From the NCBI RefSeq assembly GCF_009914755.1, contig NC_060934.1: a stretch of DNA of 64,000 nt, one strand, 5' to 3'. How positions within the stretch are numbered: position 1 is the first letter of the stretch; every line of letters begins with the position of its first letter. The stretch comes from the human T2T-CHM13v2.0 reference genome, Homo sapiens. The position numbers and the translations under genes were made by a program. Of this stretch, positions 54,830 to 64,000 are shown in pieces. Below the pieces are notes generated by a model, which saw only the letters and a list, made by a program, of their open reading frames with translations, had not been told where the DNA came from and made no database searches.

Positions 54830-55505
54830 GCTTTTGTCAATTTTGTCTAAGATCAGTTGGCTATAGATGTATAGCTTTATTTCTGGGTTCTCTTTTCTGT
54901 GTTCCATTAATCTATGCAATTGTTTTTATACCAGTACCATGCTGTTTTGGTTACTACAGCCTTGTAATATTATTTGAGGTCAGGTAATATGATGCCTTCA
55001 GCTTTGTTCTTTTTCCTTAGGATTGTTTTGGCTACTTGGTGATTTCATATGAATATTAGGGGTTTTTTTTTAATTCTGTGAAAAATGACATTGGCATTTT
55101 GAATTGCACTGAATCTGTAGATTGCAGATTGCAGATTGTTTTGGGCAGTATGGTCATTTTAACAATATTGATTCTTCCAATCCATTAGCATGGGATATTT
55201 TTTCATTTGTTTGGGTCATCTCTGATTTCTTTCAGGAGTGTTTTGTAGTTTTCCTTACAGAGATCTTTCACCTCTTTGGTTAAATATATGCCTAGGTATT
55301 TTTTTTTTTTTGGTAGCTATTGTAAATGAGATTGTTTTCTTAATTTGGTTCTCAGCTTGATTGTTACTGATATGAATAAATGGTACTGATTTTTGTATGT
55401 TTATTTTGTATCCTGAAACTTTCCTGAATTCATTTATCAAATGTAGGAATTTTTTTGGTGGAGTCTTCAGGGTTTTCTAGGTATAAGACCTTATCATCAA
55501 GCATT
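54830..55505 (-). mobile_element. Degenerate L1 ORF2 fragment
   Basis: Minus-strand translation INEFRKVSGYKINIQKS...[15 protein letters not shown] and ENPEIKLYIYSQLILDK resemble L1 ORF2p; frameshifts and stops present. Confidence 0.9.
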
Positions 55506-57767
55506 TTTGTACTCATCTGTGAAACACCCTCATCCGGATTTGTGCTCAGCTCTCTCTAGGCAGGGTGTGCAGATACAAGCGTGGACAGGAGAGAGAATCA
55601 CGTTCCTGTTCTGTTGGACAATGGTCCTCAGCCCCGGGAGCAACAGCTGCATTTTCAACAACTGGAACTTGGAGTATAGATTCCTTCCCACATTGCCTAT
55701 GTTTAACCCCTTTGTGGGAAATCTGTTTTGTCACACTTCAAAATCACAGTGAGAGATGACCAGTCATAGCCAGCACACCTAAGAACACAGCATGCGCTGC
55801 GTTTATTTTCAAGGCTGGGATAAATTCTGAGTACTTAACCAATTTCGAGACATCTGCTTCACCACATATTACAGAACCAAAGGTGATAATAACTGGCTAT
55901 CTGGCTGCCTGGAGCATAATTGCTGATTGAATGACATCTTGTTCATCCTGGTGACTGTACAAGGAGGTCAACTGGAAATACAAATCAATGCATAATCAGC
56001 TAAGAGCATAGCGGTCTCTCATTACGGCTCTACACCAAGGTACCCTGAGTTGGCCTAGCAATTGTATCATTATACAAATAACATTAAAGATTAGGGGAGA
56101 TATGGAATTTCCCTACAAATGTTGGCTATTATTATTGTTTTAATTCATTAATGCTAAATGTTCTTTCTATGAAGCTTAATGAAATTCCGCTTTATCTTTC
56201 CCATATGTATGTAGAATTTCAGACAGCATTTCATTGGAACATACCTTCATACTGGTCCATTTATAAATCTGAATAGGCTTGACTCTTTTCAGCCTAATTA
56301 ACATTCTTCCAAGGCATCAAGGGAGATGAGAAGGAAGAAGAATATTTTCAGCAAAAAGAGGGGTAATAGGCACTACTGAAAGAAGGCTTGGAGCTTGCAG
56401 TGGAGTTAACTTTTGGTTCATTCTTGCTTTTTGCAAACGCACCAGTGACGGTGAGCCCATCGGACTGACGCTAATGGAAAGAGGGCTGAGAATGGTGGCA
56501 CTTGCCTATAACCCCAGCACTTTGGTAGGCTCAGGCAGGAGGATCGCTTGAGGCCAGGAGTTCAAGACCAGCCTGGGCAGCAGAAAGAGACCCTGTCTCT
56601 ACAGAAAATAAAATAAAAACTTAGCCAGGCATGGTGGCATGTGCCTGTAGTCTGAGCTACTTGGGAGGCTGAGGCAGAAGCTTTTAGCACAGAAGTTCAA
56701 GGGTGCAGTGAGACATGCTCATGCCACTGCACTCCAGCCCGGGCAACACAGCAAGATCCTGTCTCAAAAAAAAAAAAAAAAAAAAAATGGAGAGAGGCTA
56801 CAGGATGGCAACAGCTGGCACTAGGACAGTCTTTTGTCAATGGGCTTGTGGGAAAAGGAAATGGTGTCAACCTCACATACACACACAACTCACCTCTTGC
56901 TGCCTAGGTCTTTCTTCTTATTGGAAATTTGCATCTTGCTCAAGTTTTGCTCCCAATAGGACAGAGGGCTGGGAGCTGATTCCAAGCCTAGGAGGCTCCC
57001 AGAATCTCTCACAACTTCCCTATGTGGATTAATTTGTGATCACTTGCCAGGGCCAGCGAGCAATAAGGCACCAATTGCTTCTATCTTAATTAAGTTACTT
57101 AGGGAAGAAAGAGAAAGAACAAAGGAATTAATTCAGATTTTCTCACTGAAACTGAAAGTTCTTTTTTTTGGTCTGGCCAGTAAGCAAGAGGGAACAGAAA
57201 GATTTGGCTCGTGCCTTCCTCATTCGCCTCTTCAGCTTGTCCCTCTTCCTCTATACACTCCCCCACATTCTATATGCCCCAGTTCTGTTCTCCAGAAGCA
57301 ATTGCTGCTAGCAAAGATAGTCTATGCATACACAAACATATGTGATTATATAATGATTATATAACACTCTTCTTTATAAGCAACAACAAATGTGCACATG
57401 GTAGCATACTTTATACATAGCTCTCTATATTTTTTTTGTTTTGTTTTGTTTTTTGAGATGGAGTTTTGCTCTTTTTGCCCAGGCTGGAGTGCAACCTCCG
57501 CCCCCCAGGTTAAGTGATTCTCCTGCCTCAGCCTCCCAAGTAGCTGGGATTACAGGTGCATGCCACCATGCCCAGTTAATTTTGTATTTTTCAGTAGAGA
57601 CAAGGTTTCACAGTATTGGCCAGGCTGGTCTCGAACTCCTGACTTTGTGATCTGCCTGCCTGGGCCTCCCAAAGTGATGGGATTACAGGCGTGAGCCAGC
57701 ATGCCCAGCCCATCTTGTTTTTTTGACAGACTGTTTCCCAAAAATTATGAGGAAGTATGTAATTTAA

Positions 57768-58188
<421 letters not shown>

Positions 58189-58344
58189 TGATCCTCCTGC
58201 CTCAGCTTCCTGAGTAGCTGGGACTACAGGCATGCACAACCATATTCAGCTAACTGTTAATTTTTTTGTAAAGACAGGGTCAGCTGGGTATGGTGGCTCA
58301 CGCTTGTAATCCCAGCACTTTGGGAGGCCGAGGCAGGCTAATCA

Positions 58345-58611
<267 letters not shown>

Positions 58612-59316
58612 TCAAACTCCTGGCCTCAAGTGATCCTCCTGCCTCGGCCTCCCAAAGTGTTATAAACATGAGCCACCATGACTGGCCTGGAACTATTTTA
58701 ATAAGAGCAATCCCCTGATACAAGTCTTACTTTGTAGACAAAGCCTTTTCCCAATCATTTCTGCCATGAGGTTGGAAGTTTTCGTTAGGCTTCCCTCGTG
58801 CTTCTTCTCTTTCCTTTTCTGGAAAATGAGACATAGAACAAGATGACTTTTCAAGTTGCTTCCAATCATTGATTCATCTTATAGGACAGGAAATTGGATG
58901 GCAACAAACTTGTTGATTTCCTGAAAGTCCAAATGTAATTGTCTGCAGAGCAAGGGTGGGAACCAAAGTCCTTGACTTCTAACCTCAGGGTTTTGCCACC
59001 AGACCATACTGCCATTGCTGCTTACCATTCCTCTTCTGATGCCTACAGCCTGGGAAGTCCCAGAGCAAAAGTTTATACTTAGGCTAGCTTTTGAGTGTGG
59101 GGAAGTGGTAGGAATTATTGGGCTGGATGGATCAAATTTCCTTTCTATTGTTAGGAAGAGGCTGGATCCTGTCTTAAGTCAATGTCATGAGATCTGATAT
59201 GGGTGGATGAGAATAGGCTCTGGGGTCAAGGATGGAGGGAAGAAGAGACTCTAGGCCAGATGCGGTGGCTCACGCCTGTAATCCCAGCACTTTGGGAGGC
59301 CGAGGCGGGCAGATCA

Positions 59317-59592
<276 letters not shown>

Positions 59593-59609
59593 CTAAAGGA
59601 GACGAATCA

Positions 59610-59885
<276 letters not shown>

Positions 59886-59983
59886 TCAGGAGGCTGAGGC
59901 AGGAGAATTGCTTGAACCTGGGAGGCAGAGGCTTCAGTGAGCCGAGATCGTGCCATTGCACTCCGGCCTGGGCGACAGAGTGA

Positions 59984-60277
<294 letters not shown>

Positions 60278-60702
60278 TAGCCTGGATGGTCTCAATCTCC
60301 TGACCTCGTGATCCGCCTGCCTCGGCCTCCCAAAGTGCTGGGATTACAGGGGTGAGCCACCGCGCCCGGCCCAAACTCCTTTTTTTTTTTTTGAGACGAA
60401 GTCTCACTCTGTCACCCAGGCTGGAGTGCAATGGCAAAATCTTGGCTTACTGCAACCTCTGCTTCCCAGGTTCAAGCGATTCTCCACCTCAACCTACTGA
60501 GTAGCTAGGACTACAGGCGCGGGCCACTACGCGCAGCTAATTTTTGTATTTTTAGTGGAAATGGGGTTTCACCTTGTTGGTCAGACTGGTCTCGAACTCC
60601 TGACCTCGTGGTCCGCCCACCTCAGCCTTTCAAAGTGCTGGGATTATAGGTGTGAGCCACCATGCCCAGCCTCAAACTCTTTTTTTTTTTTTTTTTTTTT
60701 GA

Positions 60703-61017
<315 letters not shown>

Positions 61018-61369
61018 TGAGACAAGGTCTCTCTCTGTTGTCCAGGCTGGAGTGGAGCAGCATAATAATAACTCACTGCTGCCTCGATCTCCTGTAATCA
61101 AGGGATCCTCCCACCTCAGTCTCTCAAGTAGCTAGGACTACAGATGCGCACCACCGCAACTTGCTAATTAAAAAAAAAATTGGTAAAGATGGGGTCTTGC
61201 CATGTTGCCCAGGCTGGTCTTGAACTCCTGGGCCCAAGTGATTCTCCTGCCTCAGCCTCCCAAAGTATTGGGATTACAGGTGTGAGCCACTATGGCTGGC
61301 GTCAAAATTCTTTAATTAAATTAAATTAAATTAATTAATTAACTTATTCATTTACTTATTTTTTGCTAG

Positions 61370-62340
61370 TTAGAGTCTTTCTTGGACCAGGCTTCCTAGA
61401 AAACTGAGCATCAGGCAAAGCTTAAGTGCTAACATTTCATGAGAGGCCCAATTCCAGGTCAGTGAGAGTAAGGAAAGAGGGAAGTGGGAAGTGGGAAAAG
61501 GGAATCGCCTCAGGAGACGAGGGGAAGCAAATAAAAGAAGACATGTTCCAGAACTGGCCATGGCTTCAGGAAAACACACAGCTAGTTGCTTAGTCACATG
61601 GGTTGTCTTCAGAGGAGCCATAGAGAACACAGCATCCCAGTACAGCCCATTGAAGGGGAAAAGGGAGAGGAATGTATTTTCTCTCTCTCTCCTCTCTCCT
61701 GTCTCCCACTGGTCAGGGTTCTCCCATGAGTATTCACTATCCTGCCTTTCTGGATTGTGTCTCCAGACACTTTTGTGCAGCTGCTGGGGAAGCCAGTTTC
61801 CACATGCTACAGTTCAGCACTTCCTCCAAATCCATCAGTGAAAGGAAAGACCAGAGCCTTCCAGGTCTGATCATGCCTGGGCATCAGAGCTGCTGCAACT
61901 CCCATTGGAGTGGGAGCAATGGGGGCTGTGTTGGAGCTGGGCATCCCCCTGGGTGGAGGCCTGGGGGCTGTCAGTCCAGCTGATGATGTGGCACTGAGAG
62001 TAGTGATGGCCGGTGGTGGGGGTCTCCATGAGTGAGCAACCAAGGGCACGGGAGACAGCTGGGGCCAGGGGAACCTGAGGAGGTGTATAAACTGTATCTG
62101 ATACAGAGTTCCAAAAGAAAAGTGATAAGACATTCAAATTAAGGTAATATTAGAAAAATCTATTCATAAAGGCACTCTTTCTAGAGATAACAATGTAAGG
62201 GAAGCATGAGGGATAATTTGATAGCTCTGGGCTGGTAGTAGCAGAGCTGTTACCAAGTCCAGGCTGGAGGGATTTAGGGAAGAGCATAATTACTGGAATC
62301 AGAAGGACATTCATGTAGAAGAGGCCACCTTAAAGGGAAC
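61370..62340. mobile_element. Degenerate MaLR MLT1-like LTR remnants
   Basis: ggcttcctagaaaactgagcatcaggcaaag... and tgtatctgatacagagttccaaaagaaa resemble MLT1 ends; low certainty. Confidence 0.4.
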
Positions 62341-63273
62341 AACGACCTTTGGTCAAGGGACACCACCAATCCCAGGGCAATCTCACAAAGTAGGAGTTAG
62401 GGCTGGTACAGTGGCTCACACTTGATATCCCCGCACTTTGGGAGACTGAAATGGGAGGATCGCTTGAGCCCAGGAGTTCAAGACCAGCCTGGGCAATAGA
62501 GTGAGACCCCATCTCTAAAAAAAAATTAAAAATTAGCCGGGCATGGTGGCTTGTGCCTGTGGTCCTAGCTACTCAGGAGGCTGAGGCAGGAGGATCTCTT
62601 GAGCCTGAGAGGTAGAGGCTGCAGTGAGCCATGATCACACCACTGTACTCCAGCCTGGACGACAGAGAGCCCTGGTCTCAAAAAAAAAAATAGAAAATTT
62701 AAAAAAACAACAAAAACCCCACAAAGTTTGAGGGTGAGAATTCCAACTGGAAGCCAGAGAGTAAGAGTCTACTGGGGTAGTTTCTACAGGTCAGTCTCCT
62801 AGGGCTCAGAGCTGGGTGGTGAGGTGAGGAGAGGGACCTAGTATGGAGCAACTAGTCTAGGTCTTTCTCACTCCCGCCACTTTTTTTTTTAATTAAATGA
62901 GAGCTGACATAGCTGTTTGCAGGGTGAGTAGGATGAGTAGGGTGGCTGGGCAAGGGAAGAGTGTCCCAGGCAAGAGAAGAAAGGTGAGCAAATGCCCAGG
63001 GGCAGGACCAAGCAAGGCAAGTTCAGGGAACATTGTCAGGGGGTTGGGAGTTGTCCTATCCACTGGAAGTTGAAGAATTAGAAGAATTACTGGTAAGTGG
63101 GTGGGGTTGTACTTTGAAGAGCCTGGAAATAAAGCAGGTCAATTTCCCTTTGGTGTGGCAGGAAAAAGGTTGCTATTAAGGTTTTGAGATGAAAGCAGAA
63201 TTAAATTATATCAGCATAGGCAAAATAATTAACTTTATTTTATTTTATTTTATTTATTTATTTTTTGAGATAG

Positions 63274-63612
<339 letters not shown>

Positions 63613-64000
63613 TAATTAATTAATTTATTAGAGACAGGGTCTTGCTCTGTCACCTAGGCTAGAGTTTAGTGATGCAATCATAGCTCACTGTAGCCTTGAA
63701 CCAGGCTCAAGGGATCCTCCTGCCTCAGCCTCTCAAAGCACTGGGTTTCAGGCATGAGCCACCGCACCTGGTCACTTACCCATTAATAAACATTGTATGG
63801 TAACAGTAACTAATTTGGGAAGCTAGTTATAAAGTTATCCCAACTCAGCCACATGTGTTTGTTTCAAGAGTGAGTTCTGGATGTCAGGTAACTGTTGAAG
63901 TTTACTCAGGGATGTAGGTATCTGTACTCCTCTGTGGGCTTATACATCCCTATGTTTGAAACAGATTAGCCCAGTAGTTTTAAAGATGATACAGAACTTG

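Noticed and set aside
54830-55505. Reverse-transcriptase-like peptide
   Set aside because: Short, disrupted L1 ORF2 remnant, not an active or novel RT system.

Overview
Human (primate) genomic DNA, very Alu-rich, containing the complete MAP3K8 (COT/TPL2) gene on the + strand. The CpG-island promoter lies at about 22.1-23.9 kb, followed by two candidate non-coding first exons and a 231-nt non-coding exon 2. Seven GT-AG coding exons (27980-28315, 36824-36991, 39309-39570, 40689-40795, 47125-47277, 48298-48544, 49749-49879) total 1404 nt, giving a 467-aa protein, and the ~1-kb 3'UTR has two AATAAA signals. The flanks are Alu, MIR, L1, L2, LTR and DNA-transposon remnants plus simple repeats. I see no second protein gene, RNA gene or prokaryotic system; almost all other ORFs in the track are repeat artefacts. 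The most interesting unexplained structure is a possible leader/tail control system for this kinase. (1) An exonised antisense MIR supplies the exon-2 donor and an out-of-frame uORF that spans Met1 and stops 61 nt before Met30, a candidate switch for the known p58/p52 isoforms. (2) A well-spaced TATA-Inr inside intron 2 would bypass that exon. (3) An open frame in the last intron would replace the inhibitory C-tail without EJC-dependent NMD. (4) The 3'UTR carries a hairpin cluster including a Roquin-CDE-like loop. These are sequence-based hypotheses, not demonstrated functions. Repeat family names and edges were assigned by eye and are approximate.
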